A stretch of DNA of 60,437 bases, counting the filler, from Sphacelaria rigidula (Eukaryota), in assembly GCA_964200075.2 (NCBI GenBank). It is 5 parts of 5 records of this genome, joined end to end, with 100 filler letters (N's around TTAATTAATTAA, not from the genome) between each part and the next. Parts side by side here need not be neighbours in the genome. Positions count along the whole stretch, not along the records: positions 24,218 to 36,225 come from CAXNAA020004237.1; positions 36,326 to 48,331 come from CAXNAA020004238.1; 3 more parts are not named here. One strand, given 5' to 3'. The position numbers and the translations under genes are program-made. Below the pieces are notes generated by a model that did no database searches, was not told where the DNA came from, and was given only the letters and a program-made list of their open reading frames with translations. This document shows positions 25,640-38,559 of the stretch, piece by piece (position 1 is the stretch's first letter; each line of letters begins with the position of its first letter).

Positions 25640-26158
25640 GGAAGGAGAGGTATACTCATGATCTTGCATGCCGTAGTCATCTCACCGCGGACCTTGCGTC
25701 CCTACAAAGCCGGGACGGAGCACGCCGGGTTTTCGCCTGACCAGGCTCGCAATCAATCACCGAGCGCGAAGCACCGTCACGTGTTCGGTGAGTCACATGA
25801 AGGGTGAGCTGCATCCTGCTAAGATGGTTAGGCCCGAAGCGTACTAAGCATCTTGCATATTGATGACCGCCTCCAATGAGTTGCTTCATTTTCTGGCATC
25901 GCCAATTTCTACAGACAGCCACGGGTTCCACACTGTCACGTGGGTGTCTGACCATTTGAACACTACGTAGTATGGCCATCCACGTTGCGCGGAATTGAGG
26001 TTCTCCCACAATGCACAACATGGCCTAGCTCGACCAGCATCATGGCTACCGCAAACGAAAAACGCGAACGCAAAAAACACGCGGGGACATGGTTGCCTAG
26101 CTTACACAGTAAGTGGCGTGTTATAGAGCGTCGCTGCCAATCGACGCCAACCTCGTGC
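25640..26158 (-). mobile_element. Family A retroelement fragment inserted in the C-tail of a family B copy
   Basis: Minus strand ends CATGAGTATACCTCTCCTTCCCCC; its 5' end abuts the G/C-rich tract at 26159-26187. Confidence 0.75.
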
Positions 26159-26159
26159 G

Positions 26160-26565
26160 GGGTGGAGGGAGTGGAGGGGAGGGGGGGTGCCAATTTGTTG
26201 CTTGCCTTGGTCGTTCGACCATTGACCACGCATCCCTTTCGAGACGAAGCACCGTTCCTACTCCTAATAGAGACAACTCTAACATTTTTTTCGGCGCTTA
26301 TCACGTTTCTTCCATACACTGTACAAAAACAGTTTCATATATCTCATCCCCCCTCCCTGTCTCGCCGTCTGTGGCCATTATTTATCTCCTAGTATAGCCA
26401 TCGTCTACCCGCTCACTGTCCAATGTATCAAACGGTTTCATGCCACCTTCGTTTATTTCCCACGCTTCCCCCTCTAGCACGTCCTGCTCCTCGTCGTATA
26501 GTCCACATGCCGCCACTGTATGAGTTCTACTCTCTACTACATTGCCACAGGGGCACTTTTGCACG
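26160..26565 (-). mobile_element. Family B LINE 3' end with CCHC zinc knuckle
   Basis: CPCGNVVESRTHTVAAC (C-x-C-x8-H-x4-C), typical of the C-terminus of APE-type LINE ORF2; frameshifted. Confidence 0.8.
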
Positions 26566-28051
26566 GTCAGGACAAATCAAGATTCATACGAGTTGACTCC
26601 CGATGAACGTTCGAGGACAAGTCGTGGACGTTTGGGTCATCCGTAAAGTCACGGGGGTATGAAATTGTATACTCAAGGTCATGCACGAGTAACGAGCTGG
26701 ACATCTCTCCTCGACTGCGTGGTGTAATGCGACCGAGAATTGGAAAGCATATACGGGTCATGTTTCATGTACGCGTGATGACAGATTGAAAAAACGTACT
26801 CCTTCTACACCCCGCATGAAGCAAAGGGTGGGTTACATGTATCCATTCAGTGGCGTTTATCGAAGGGTGAGTCATATTCATCCCTACCTTCATCTCACAC
26901 GCACCGAAGGGGGACAATCTTCATGACTTTGTCATCGCATCTGTCATCTCGCACGACTCAAAGAGTAACTATTGTGTACCCAGGAGTCATCCGGCATACA
27001 CTCTGAGGGGAAATAATCATAGTGATAGTAACATACTCACGATGGCAAGCGCGCATAGTCACGCGCCCACGACTCTCGCGGTGCGGATAGTCCATCTGAA
27101 TTACTCATAGATGAGTCATGAATCACGGGTGGGGAGCGAGAACTAGTCGCCGCCCACGGCGGGACCGGGGGATTCGTTTCGTGTGAAGAGCGAGAAGTCA
27201 CTACACGCATGGCGCATATTCCAAAACAAAAACACACCTCAAGCCGCACAACCGGGAGGACGATACTAGTTCGCGTGCCCCACCCCCCCCCATCCCTTCC
27301 CCCGCAATCTTTGAATGTTTCATGATCTCGTACACGACGAGGTATCCCAGGGTACCCCTATAAGTTGTAATATTTCCCTCTAAACCTTGAGCTGTGGTTC
27401 ATAATTTCGACCACCGTGAGACGTACCCCCTGTACATCTGTTCTTTCATCGAGGCGACCCCGATTATCGTTGCTACGCGACGTGATGCGATCTCCATTCA
27501 AGTGAAAACGAGCTCCCACCATTCACAGTGAACGAAAAAGCAGTACACCAACGTATATTCATGTGTACACTTACCGGTGAATATCAATGGAAGATCCGAA
27601 ATATCGAGTCACTGAACCGTCGACGAATCGCTCATCGTAATCCAGAGTTCACGCACGTAATCACCGTCCACTTCATCTTCCATCTCACCCCAGTTCATTC
27701 ATCAACAGCTTCAGACCTTCGCCAGAAGAAAAAAGAGCTCTTCCCTCTTCACGGTGATGATGATATAATATTTATAGTGCAGAAACATTCAGGAATCGGT
27801 GCGGGATTTGGGAAAAGGCTTCCCCCGCTGCCTCTTGCCTCAAGATACGCACGAATATGATCAACTATCATGGCGTGGCAGCTGCAAACCCTTCCTCACT
27901 AAACACCACTCCCGAGCCGTCGACGGAATTGTCATTGTCCTCCAACAGCAGCAGCCCAACAACGAGGGATATTGAGACCGCTCTAACTGCGTCAATCTCG
28001 CTTACGAACAGCAAACAAATGGGCATCCCGCTCATCCCGGTGGCTATCTAT

Positions 28052-31000
28052 CTATCCGTCAGCCCCGTGACCGTCTCCTTTCTCGTATCCCCTCTGCTCG
28101 ACGATGAAGTCGTCGACATCGCTTTCATCATCCCCCTCTTCGGGCCCCGAGAGCGCCAGCAAGCTCTCCGAGGGGTTGCTCAGCCGCTCAGGCACGGCGG
28201 CCAACGCTTGAGCGTCCGACAGCATCGGTACCTCTTTGGGGATGCTGTCGTAGCTTCCGTTGAGAAACAGTACCATTTCGTTCTGCGCGGCATCCAAGCG
28301 GTTGCGGCACCCGGTGGTCAGTCGACCGGCGGTGCTGAAGTCGCGCTCCAAGACGGCCGCGGATGCCGGGATTGACAGCAGCACTCGGGCTGCGCGCGCC
28401 ATGAGCGGGTAGAGACGTGAGCCATCCGAGGACCAGTAGCGGAGCATGCCCTCGATGGGCTTCGTCTCCAGGGTCTCCTCACGTCCAGCAAGCACAAACG
28501 GATCAAATTCCTCCGCGCACAGCTGTCGTTGTGTCTTCGGTGCCGATCCCACTGCTCTGCCCCTGACGATGTTCCCGAACATGCCGCTTTCAAATAAGCG
28601 CGCGGCCCCCTTTGATGCTGCCTTCGACGGGGTACTTGAGCGGCCCCGCCCCCCGCTGGGGCGCTTTTCCTTCTAGGGCCGAGCATCGTTCGCGTTGGCA
28701 CCACTGGCCCTGGGGCTCCCCACTGTAGTGGACTCGCTTGATTCGCCCTCTTCTGCCATCTTCGTCATAAGGTCAACGATCTTATCCCTAACAACCGCCC
28801 GTAAGCGGACAGCCATCTCCTTGCTCTTGCAGATGGAAAGAAGGAAGTTTAGTTCGGCGAAGAATGGATTCATGCAGGTTGCCATCTCGAGGAGGAAGTC
28901 GGGTTTGGCGCCCGGGGCATCCAAGTCGTAACGCTTGAAGAAGCGCTTGTCGACCGCCGCGGCCGGCAACTTCTTGGTCTTCTTCGTCACATCCTGAAGA
29001 GCCGTCTCCTCGCGCAAGAAGGGTTGAGCCGTCTCGGTGCGAACCTCGACGGCGGCAGTCACGTGTCGCTTGGGAGTCAGAATGCGGAGGGGCTTGCCTT
29101 CCTTTAACAGAAACACTCTGACGGGCACGAGGTCGAGGAGCGTCTGGACCCCTGTCGGCACCTTGGTGCTCTGAGTTTCCTTTATCAAAATCGCAATGGG
29201 CTTCACTAAGGAATATAGCTCCTCGATGCTCGACTTTGAGGCGGACAGGGGGAAGGCCACTGACTCATTTTCCGAGTAGTGGACCTCCAGTGCCCACCAG
29301 TTCGAGAGCACTGCTTGGAGCACGCTGCACGTCGATATCCACCGCTGAGGCACCGCATTCACTAGCTTGTTGCTCTTGCCGTAGAGCATTGCCTGAACGT
29401 CTTCGAATTTGACCTGTATGTTTTTGAGGTGAGGGGAGGGGGGGGCAGCGAGGGGGGGGGGGGGGGGGGGGTCGTTTTTTTTATTATTTTTTTCTTTTCT
29501 CTTTATTNNNNNNNNNNGGGGGGGGGGGGGGGGGGGGGGGGGGTGGGGGGGGGGGGGGGGGGGTGGGGGGGCAGGCACTTGTGCGTCTATCATGCTCCGC
29601 ATTTTTACCGAAATAAAGTATTCCTGTTTATACTGACCAACCAAGCGCCAACAGCGGACTGTGTCGGCAAAAATATGAGGAATATCGCGAATGATGAAAC
29701 GCAATCGTCCATGTGTACAGCATGGGCATGTACTTCCTCTGTGTCAGAAGTCTGTGCAGCTATGTTTGTATGAGCCCTCAATGAAGTCCGATTTGATTTT
29801 CGATTTTTTGGCTGCATTCGTTGGCGTGTTTTGAGCGAAAAACAACACTCTTTCTGCAAGATGGGTGCTTGACCCGTGCAGACTCGCGACCGAGAAAAAG
29901 TGAGCCGGTCAAAATTTGGGCATTTTTCGCTTTTTTTCCCAGTGAAGCACAGCAGAGCCGGAAATCGCGACGAATCGTGAAAAAATGTGAAAACCGCAAA
30001 ACCACCACTGATTTGGATATCTCCGTGACGTTAGCATACGCACGCCCCATTTGACAATTTTTCAGGATGTGATCGTTAGTGCTCGATGTAAGAACGTCCA
30101 CAACTGGTCAACATTGGGGTATAAGAGGACCAAAAAAGACCAGAATGGGGTATATTTAGACCTAAAAATAGTACTGGAAACAAGCTTTTTTTCTCTCTCT
30201 TTTTTTTGTAGTCATTCTGTCTGCGCGTTATCTCTCCAACGAACCCAACTACGGGATGATCGTCAGCGTTGAAATACCCAAACAATCAAACGTCCATAAC
30301 TGCAGACTCATGACACAGAGGAAGCTCACCGCCAGCAACTCGTTTTGTCGAGATATCAATACCAACGAAACAAGGACATCTTTCCACTCTTGCCAAATTC
30401 AAACCTCCTGAAGCGCTCACCGCCGAGATTCATTAGCAGCTCAACAATTTCATGACGAACATTATGGAATCTGCAAAAATGCCAGCAAAATGCCGGCTGC
30501 CAAAGACGAGATCATATACAAATAAAGCTCCCATTCTTCAGCAAATTCGCACACGACCAACAACGTGCCCACCTTCGAGTTGGCAGACTTATTCAGGTGC
30601 TCGACCACCTTTTTCACGGCGTCGATGACCTCCCGGGCTTCGTTGTTCTTGTTGGATGCCTTGGAAGCATTCGTTCCAAAAGCCTGTCAAGGAAAACACG
30701 GGGTGGATATCCAGTTATGGGGTCACTCATTGAAGACGCATGCACATTTGCATGGTGCCCATATCATCAGTATAGTGTAGACTTCTTGTCCACCATAAAC
30801 ATTGAATGTGAAGACAACAACAACAACAACATAAAGGCGTTTCATGACTGGTATGAATGATATACGCTCACCGCATATTCCCAAAAATATGTCGCGAACA
30901 CGAAATGAATAACATTAGTGATACTGTTTCCGCCATAGCTCCCCCACCGCCCTCCCGAAACCACCCCAAAGGCGTTACGAAGCAAATGGTCCTACAGCGC

Positions 31001-34000
31001 CCATCATGGAGTTCCAACCCGCGTGAAACGTTAAGCGTTCCATATGGGCGGCATTGGGGGGGGACACAATTGGGGGTAGGAGTTCCCGGCTTGTTGTACT
31101 CTACTTCTTCCATCCCCGTTCATGTGTGCATCCCCCCCCCCCCCCCCCCCCCCTCCCCCCCCCCCCCCCGCCCTCCCTCCGCATTCCCTCGCGCCCCGCC
31201 TGGGGCGCTCGCGTTGTCTCGNNNNNNNNNNGTTTGCCACCTATCACGTGGAACTTTCGTAGACAGTCTCGTGGCACGATTGGGACGTTGCAAGTTGCTC
31301 ATGTTGACCCACCGCTGCCACAACGCAGACCGCTTTACGTTCATTATTTTCAAACATTCACTTAAAATAAGCGACAAGATATCTTCAACGGTTGGAACGA
31401 AGTGTTGTATTCTCACCTCGACCAATGCGCAGTTGAGCATGTGTGGAAAACACCATTCCCATTTGGAGTCGAGGACCTTCAGGCATGACCGTTTCACGTC
31501 CGATCCGGCGTTGGTGACGGTGCAGAAGAGGTCGGACTCGCTCATTCCATATTCGGCTAGCACCTCTCCTACCCAGAGACGGAGAACGTCCGATAATTTC
31601 ATGGTATCGCTCAACTCGGGCGCGGGTCGAAAGAGCTTCACTGCTAGAAGAGCCGTGCATATCGTGAAGCTAGCCGTCATCCAGTGAACGCGCAAAGCTG
31701 TGATGAGCAAATGTCGTCGGTAGAGCCGGTACATCGGCACAAATGTAAGTGTATGCCAACATAATGGAGACATATTCATGAGGGACTCTGCGCACGCCAA
31801 ATACTCCACGTGTCCGCCGCCCAAACCCACGCGTAGACGGCACTGCTGACCAATGCGCGAGCCTTCACGTTTTCATGAGAGTTTCTATTAACGACTTGTT
31901 CACGGATCACTGCGCAAGTTTCGATCGACAATTTTTGTTTGCATCTCTTGTTCACTTTTCTTCACTGTTTGCCGGGTGTCCGACGGGACCTAGGTCGTTT
32001 CTTCGAAGTAGTCCCCATTCTGGGACGCCGGGAAACCGGCACTACCATTTTTTCTCGACTTCTTCGCAAATCGCTGCATGAGCCAAGGAAGGGCCCCTCG
32101 ATATTTTGTGGAAATACTCGACTGACTAGTGGTTAAACTTCCACGTTAACGTCAAGCAAGGCCCAAGAACGCCGTGTTGGTACTTAAAACAAGTAGTTTG
32201 CGGTTTCACCGTTGCACAGCAAAGTTTATGGCTCTGATCGGCACAACCTCACGCCGTTTCAACTGTTTGGATCCTGGAATACTGCACAAATGTTCCATGG
32301 GTCATCACATAACTTTGATCAAGCGACGTGTTCAACTCTTCTCAGCATTTTACGGGGGCTCGACTGGAGTGACGTGCCCCCGGAAAAGCTCAAGCTCTCA
32401 CCCCAGTACATGGTGTCGAAAGTGGAGGGGTAAAAATACCTCGTTCATTCAAAATTGCGTAGTGGCCCAGACAACATGCTGAGTTGGAGGATCGAACTCC
32501 TCAAAACGGCCTGAGGTTCCGCCGATGAGTGTTTTTGGGGTGATGACCGTGAACCACCTCCTGACAGACAACCTAGTCCGGCACTGTCCGATGACGACCG
32601 GAAAATAAACCCGTAAAACCAAAGACCAAAACGAAATGGCCTTCACGTCGAGAACACTCCAAGGGGAGGTCAAATAGAGTGCACACATTGAGGGTAGGGT
32701 TTTAGGGATCGCTTTCCAGTTATTTCATGAGTACGACTCCCAACACTACCCTGATTTGCGTGCCTCAAGTCCGTCTTGCAAAATACCCCGCAATCAGGTA
32801 TACTCTACTGGGCGTGCCCTTCGAACACTCTTCCCGCCTCGAATACGAAAGTAAACGCCAAAATATGACCGTAACGACGTGACATGAACCCGACAGCCGA
32901 GGCTCAATATATTTCTCACTTATGTATTTATCGTTCGAACTCTTGCTTGTCCACAAGTCGATGTTGGCGTGGACAATCGGTCCCCCCGCTCCCTGCCGAG
33001 CCTCTGACAGGCGAAACGCGATTACTTTTACAGTCGCCGCGTAGATCTTGGCGACAACCTTCTTTACCAGCCTCGGGTACAAGGATTGCGGGAACGCCGG
33101 AAGGCACACCATTGCGAAGAATGTCTTCAGCCTCGCGTCATCCCCCTACGAGAAAGCACACAGCTTCCAGATCACTATGATTTTGACGAACATAATAAGC
33201 ATGGCTCGGGCGGGGTTCAATCCCAGGTCATCGTTCGCTGCAGCGACAGTGGCCTTGTACTTCGCCGCCCTCTCCTTCGCTTTCTTACTTTTCGTCGATA
33301 CCATATCTGGTGCGCGGGGCGGGGGGGGGGGGGGGGGGGGGGGATGAGGGAAGGAGTGGTGGGGACGGCGGAGAGGGGTAAAAAATGTAAGCATCGCAGA
33401 AACGGCATGACATGCAACCATCAACATGAAGCTAGAAAACCTGGTGCCATCAGCAGCGACGATTAACCGTTGTAAGTTGTGTGCACAGCGAGTCTCATCA
33501 CGTGACACCGACAACTTGTGCTTGTGCGATAGCCCTCCCCCACAACCAGCCGAAAACTTAAAACTGTCACGAAAAAAATGGTCATGCAGCACCCGACATC
33601 TGGTTTCAAGCTGCATGAAGCGCCTCTCCTGGGCAACATCGGCGAAAACGAACAAAGCGTGGGAATTCCCACCTACTGGCGTTGCTCGGCTTTCCTCACC
33701 TCTATTTGCGAGCAGATTCTGTCTTCCCAAACCGTCCACAATTGGGGGGAGGGGGGGGGGATCATACGGGGTGTCACATATGACTCATCCACCGGTGTCC
33801 TGCATGTGCCCCGTTGTACTCGACGGTAGTGGCGAGGGTATACGCTGCAACGAAGCCGACGTCTGTTGACCAGCATATCAAATACGTGAAGATGCTGGTG
33901 CACTCAAATTCGACTGCGCCACGAGTGCATGACTCGATTTGAAATACTTGATTTTCATTCCGCCCACAGGCACCCAACTCGTTTTTCTTGCTGAGGGTCG

Positions 34001-34278
34001 AGAAAAGTTCGGCTAAACTCACTGTGGACGTCGAACAAATGCCGGGTGGCGTTGCTCGTGTTGTGGGCGGTGATGCCCCCTGATGATGGAGTACTGGTGG
34101 AGAGGAGGCGGCAGTCTTCATTAACCATGCAACACCAAACATGTTTTTTCTTGTCCGGACTGTTGGCGTCCTCCTGAACGAGAAGACCTGTGTCATAAAT
34201 AATTGACCGAGTTTTCTTGGGCACGGGTGCCTTCCTGAATCCGTCAGCAGCGTCGGTTTCGCGAATCGCGCGCTCCAT
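28052..34278 (-). pseudogene. hAT-superfamily transposase, at least five exons (~34278-34023, 33306-32920, 31697-31417, 30683-30573, 29413-28052), with premature stops
   Basis: BED finger (VWCC..C..NTSNATRHLFDVH), DLWTS, TNAGSD (second catalytic D appears as N), CxxH (CFPH), RW motif, C-terminal dimerisation domain (YPLMARAARVLLSIPASAAVLERDFS); all four introns are GT-AG and phase-compatible; in-frame TAG at 33148-33146 and 28675-28673. Confidence 0.9.
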
Positions 34279-34680
34279 CGCTTCCTAATCGAATGGGCTG
34301 GGCAAGGCGTCGGCCGTTGGGGCGAAGAGTATATTGTGAATGCCATGAATGCACGGTGATGGTCTATTCAAAGGCCCTCGGCGGCCTCCGGCCGGCTCCG
34401 GTCTTTTTTCCAAGGGTCACGGTTGAACCGTCATTTTGGGAGAGTCGGTATTCTTGCTTTGCGAAGCGCTCGCCAAAATTGACCCTCTTTCGTCATGTAC
34501 ATTATTGGAGATAACACAACACGAAGATTTCAGGACTGCGGTTATGAATGATGAGGAAAAGTGCAAAATATAGTAGAGCGCGAGGCACTGAGCTTCTGCA
34601 GCCATGCGTGGGAAGCGATCCTTTTTGTAGACGATCATCAAATATTCAAAACACACGGAAAAAAATGAAACTTCCTCCAG

Positions 34681-35720
34681 CACTACGAGCTGGGCCAACC
34701 TAGACACGGATTCAAGATATCAAATCAATATTTCGTCGACACGGACGGTTTGGGCCATGATCCGCATGTTGTATTGATCGTCCAACCATGGGAGAGGTGC
34801 CCATATGCTCCAAAGTTTGGGCCCATATTTTCTCGTTGATGAAACCCCATGTCTAGTAACTTCTATACGTGGGGGAGATAGCGTCCATACTAACATGAAA
34901 TCTTTATGAAACCCTAGATCGATGCATTCAGCGGATGACGACGAATTTCGATGCGCACATTCCCTGGAGCACGGGAGAAGATAGATACCCTTGCCTTCAC
35001 CTCATTCGTGACCTATCTCGAGATATGGCGCACATAAGTTTCCGTACTAAAATCAGTATATTGCGTGCAGATGCGCTAGATTAGCCAAACCTGGATGTCG
35101 CGTCTCAGTTTTTGAGAGCTATGCTATGAAATTTCGTACGGAGAATCGCTGGTGCATAATACAGCTCACTAACACAGCTTTCTTAATTTTTTTGTTTTTT
35201 TTATTTTTCTCGGGTTTTTGGGGCAATTTAGCGGATAAATGAACACTGCTTTTGGGCCTTATCTCAGTTTTTTAGCTCATTTTTCAGAATTGTAATTTGA
35301 AACTCAGGACAAAGAACCACATAGATATGCCGAATAAAAGAAAAGATGGGCTCTCGTATCTTTTTCTTGGGAGAGGTTCGGGCATCCTCGTACGACAATG
35401 GCGTTTTCCATACTAAAACGCCCTAAACCAGTGGGATAATAAGCAAAACTCAACTGACCTACTTTGCTTCGTTAATGATGCCCTAGCCACGGCCCACACA
35501 CAGTTTCATTACACGAAACACCAAATGTGGTCCGGTAAGTGGCCTGCGAAATACTGTCCCGAATTTCTTCCGACTCCGTCACTAAACGGCCCATTATACG
35601 GCCAATATTTGGAGTTGGACCGTGAAATTTGGTATGGACTATGAAAAGGGCATGGTGACAAAAAATACCAGTGCACACAGGAGTGCCCCCAAACAAATGC
35701 GAGGCCTTATGCCGATTTTT
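34681..35720 (+). mobile_element. CACTA-like non-autonomous DNA element (other end not found)
   Basis: Starts CACTACGAGCTGGGCCAACCTAGA; colinear with the reverse copy at ~36395-38167. Confidence 0.65.
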
Positions 35721-36124
35721 TCAATCCTCGGTGTTTTCGGGGGGGGGGAAGGGGGGGGGGGATTACTAAATCGAATACATGAAAAAAAAATATAAAGTAC
35801 ACAAAAAAAATAACAATTCGTGTTGATGAAGGTTTCATTCATTGCATACCTTCGGAGCCAAGGCCAAGTTATATTCATGAGATTCGGCACTACTATGCAC
35901 ATCACACTTCCACGACAAGATTGAGACCAGACAAATACCACGAAGATCTGCAATGCTTGCTCAATAGAGCTTAGCGTATCTATCTGCGCCGCCAATTTGC
36001 GTCCAATGTTGTGGTGGAAGATAGGGCCAGCAGCCATGGTCGCTACCTCATCCAAGTCGCCCTAGAATGCCTGTTTATTGAGTGTTTCTTTCTGTGAAAG
36101 AAACAAAAAAATCCTACGACCGCC

Positions 36125-36225
36125 GGAGGGGTGTACTCATGATCATGCCTGCCATAGTCATCAGACCATTGACCTCGCATCCCTACAAAGCCGGGACGGA
36201 GCACGCCGGGTTTTCGCCGGACCAG
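36125..36225 (-). mobile_element. Family A 3' end, cut by contig end
   Basis: Minus strand ..GATCATGAGTACACCCCTCC. Confidence 0.75.
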
Positions 36226-36325
36226 NNNNNNNNNNNNNNNNNNNNNNNNNNNNNNNNNNNNNNNNNNNNTTAATTAATTAANNNNNNNNNNNNNNNNNNN
36301 NNNNNNNNNNNNNNNNNNNNNNNNN
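36226..36325. other. Artificial contig-joining spacer
   Basis: Same 100-bp N44-TTAATTAATTAA-N44 structure. Confidence 0.98.
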
Positions 36326-37215
36326 AAGATTTTAATCCTCCGGGTCCTCATCCTCAATGAAAAGCACCATCCTCAACATAGATGATCGGCTGTTTAAGAC
36401 CTCAAAACTGATTATTGCCCTTGACTCATGAAAAACAAATCTCTGGGACCACGCATAAAATTTCTTCAATGCCCTGTTGACTGTCCATACTAACTTTCAG
36501 GGTCTAACTTCAAGTAGGAAATTGCGAATTCGCCTTTCAAAACCCGGGCCGATGGGAATTCGGAACAGTGTTTTGCAGAAAGTTTACCGGCTCACGTTTG
36601 GTGTTTGTGTACAATATTAAAACTTTGTCCGGGGCCTCGCTAGGTCATGATGAACCAAGAAAATAGGTCAGGTTGGTTTCTAATTTTTCATTCTTCTCTG
36701 TGCTAGGGCGTTTTAGTATGGTAACGACCACTTTTTTACGAGAACGCCCGAACCTCTGAACCTCTCCCAACTTCTCCACACGAAATTTCATTGCACAAAT
36801 CTCAAAAACTGAGACGCGATATCCAGATTTAGGGCATCTAGTGCCTCTGCTCGTGATATATTGATTTTAGTATGGAGCCTTATGTGCGCCGTATCTCGAG
36901 ATTGATCACGAATTAGGTGAAGGTGCAGGTATCTGTCGTCTCCACGTGCGCCAGGGAAGGTCCACACCAAAAATCGCCATCATCGGCTGAACGTATCGTT
37001 TGGGGTTTCATATAGATTTTAATATAGACGCTATATCCGTACGGTATAAGAATTACTAGACATGGGGTTTGATCAACGAGAAAATATTGGCCTAGACTTT
37101 TGAGCAGATGAGCACCTTCACCTTGATTAGACGACTGCCACGATATTATGCGGATCACAGCCCAACTCGTCTGTGTCGATGAGATATTGCTTCGAGAGCT
37201 TGAATCCGTTTCTAC

Positions 37216-37322
37216 TAGAGTCGTGAACTGGTTTGCTTAGTCAGTCAACTGGTTGCAACAACTTACAACTAGTTACAGTTATAAATTAAAACTGGATAAC
37301 TGGCAGCAGAGTCACGTAAACG

Positions 37323-37354
<32 letters not shown>

Positions 37355-38140
37355 ACCCCCGGGCGCGCCCCCCCCCCGCAACACCAAACACCACAAGGTC
37401 ACCCCACTCCTACTATAGCCANNNNNNNNNNAACTTACAACTAATTTAAATACTAAACAAAACCATGAAAGCCTGCCCCGCGGCCCCCGAAACCCCCCCC
37501 CCCCCCCCCCGGCTAGTGAGGGGCCCCGGCGGAGGCTCCGCCGCAGGCAAGAAAATAACACTATTTGGCTTCACATCTTTTCAGAATCGCGGTAAATTCT
37601 AGCCGCCCAGCGCCAGCAAGTCGAGCATGGAATAGGTGCATAGAAATATGTATGGGGGAAAAAAAATCACCGAACTTTGTGACGCGGATTGAAAAAATGA
37701 AGCGGTGAGACAGTAGTGAAGCATACATAGCGTTTCGCGTGTACCACCCAAGTGCTAGGAACTACGATTAGCACGACAACTTGGTACTGTAACGCTTATG
37801 ACTTCATCAGCCAGGAAAAATAACAGGAATATAACAGCGTCTCCACGGTCATTGTAGTACGCCAATCCTTGGGAAATATTGACCTGGGTATGACAAGTAT
37901 GTACATAGAACACTTTGGAGTGTGACACACATGTCGGACGAAATAATTGGTTCAACTGGTTACAAAATCGATCGGCTCACCAGTTGCATCAGTTAACTGA
38001 AACTGGTCAGTTAACCCTTAGACCGCGAGATCAGTCTTTCTGGATCATGCATACTTTTTTTCACTCGAAATTGATGCCGATTCAACAGAAGACTAACCTC
38101 GCGGTCCAAGGGTTAAGCTGGCAGCCAGTTCACATGTGTA
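37216..38140. mobile_element. Non-autonomous hAT-type element with 8-bp TSD
   Basis: Imperfect TIRs TAGAGTCGTGAACTGG / CCAGTTCACATGTGTA; flanks GTTTCTAC (37208-37215) and GTTTCTAG (38141-38148); repeated AACTGG/CAGTT subterminal motifs. Confidence 0.75.
38015..38112. mobile_element. 98-bp piggyBac-like MITE
   Basis: TTAA on both sides (38011-38014, 38113-38116); TIRs CCCTTAGACCGCGAG / CTCGCGGTCCAAGGG (14/15 match). Confidence 0.85.
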
Positions 38141-38559
38141 GTTTCTAGGCTGGCCCAGCTCGTAGCGTCGGCAGATTTTGGTAAAATAAACGAATCGTCC
38201 GCAAAACACAGTGTCTGAGTTAGTGTTGCTTGGTGTTATCGGGCGATACGAGTAGATACCCCATTTATCAGGAGGGTGTTTTTGAACGTGAAACACAGTT
38301 TTTCGGCTCTAGTGCAATGAGGAGGTAGAGCGTCACAAATACGACAGGAATAGAATCCATCGATCGAAAAAAGGTATTTTTTCCTCATAAAAAAATAAAG
38401 TAGTAAAATTATTAATTAATTAATTAACTAATTATTGTAAACGTAAAGTAGTAAATTAATTAATTAATTAATTAATTAATTATTGTTTGGGGATGGGATG
38501 GGATGGTTGGTTGGTTGATTTTGTATTTTTTTCTTTGGAGAAAGGAAAGACAATATCGA

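Larger units (their letters stand above)
36395..38167 (-). mobile_element. CACTA-like element, interrupted by a hAT-type MITE
   Basis: Reverse terminus CGCTACGAGCTGGGCCAGCCTAGAAAC at 38167-38141; body at 37215-36395 matches 34705-35720. Confidence 0.65.

Noticed and set aside
38395-38485. (TAAT)n stretch resembling the linker
   Set aside because: Ordinary AT microsatellite with a short local duplication; no N flanks
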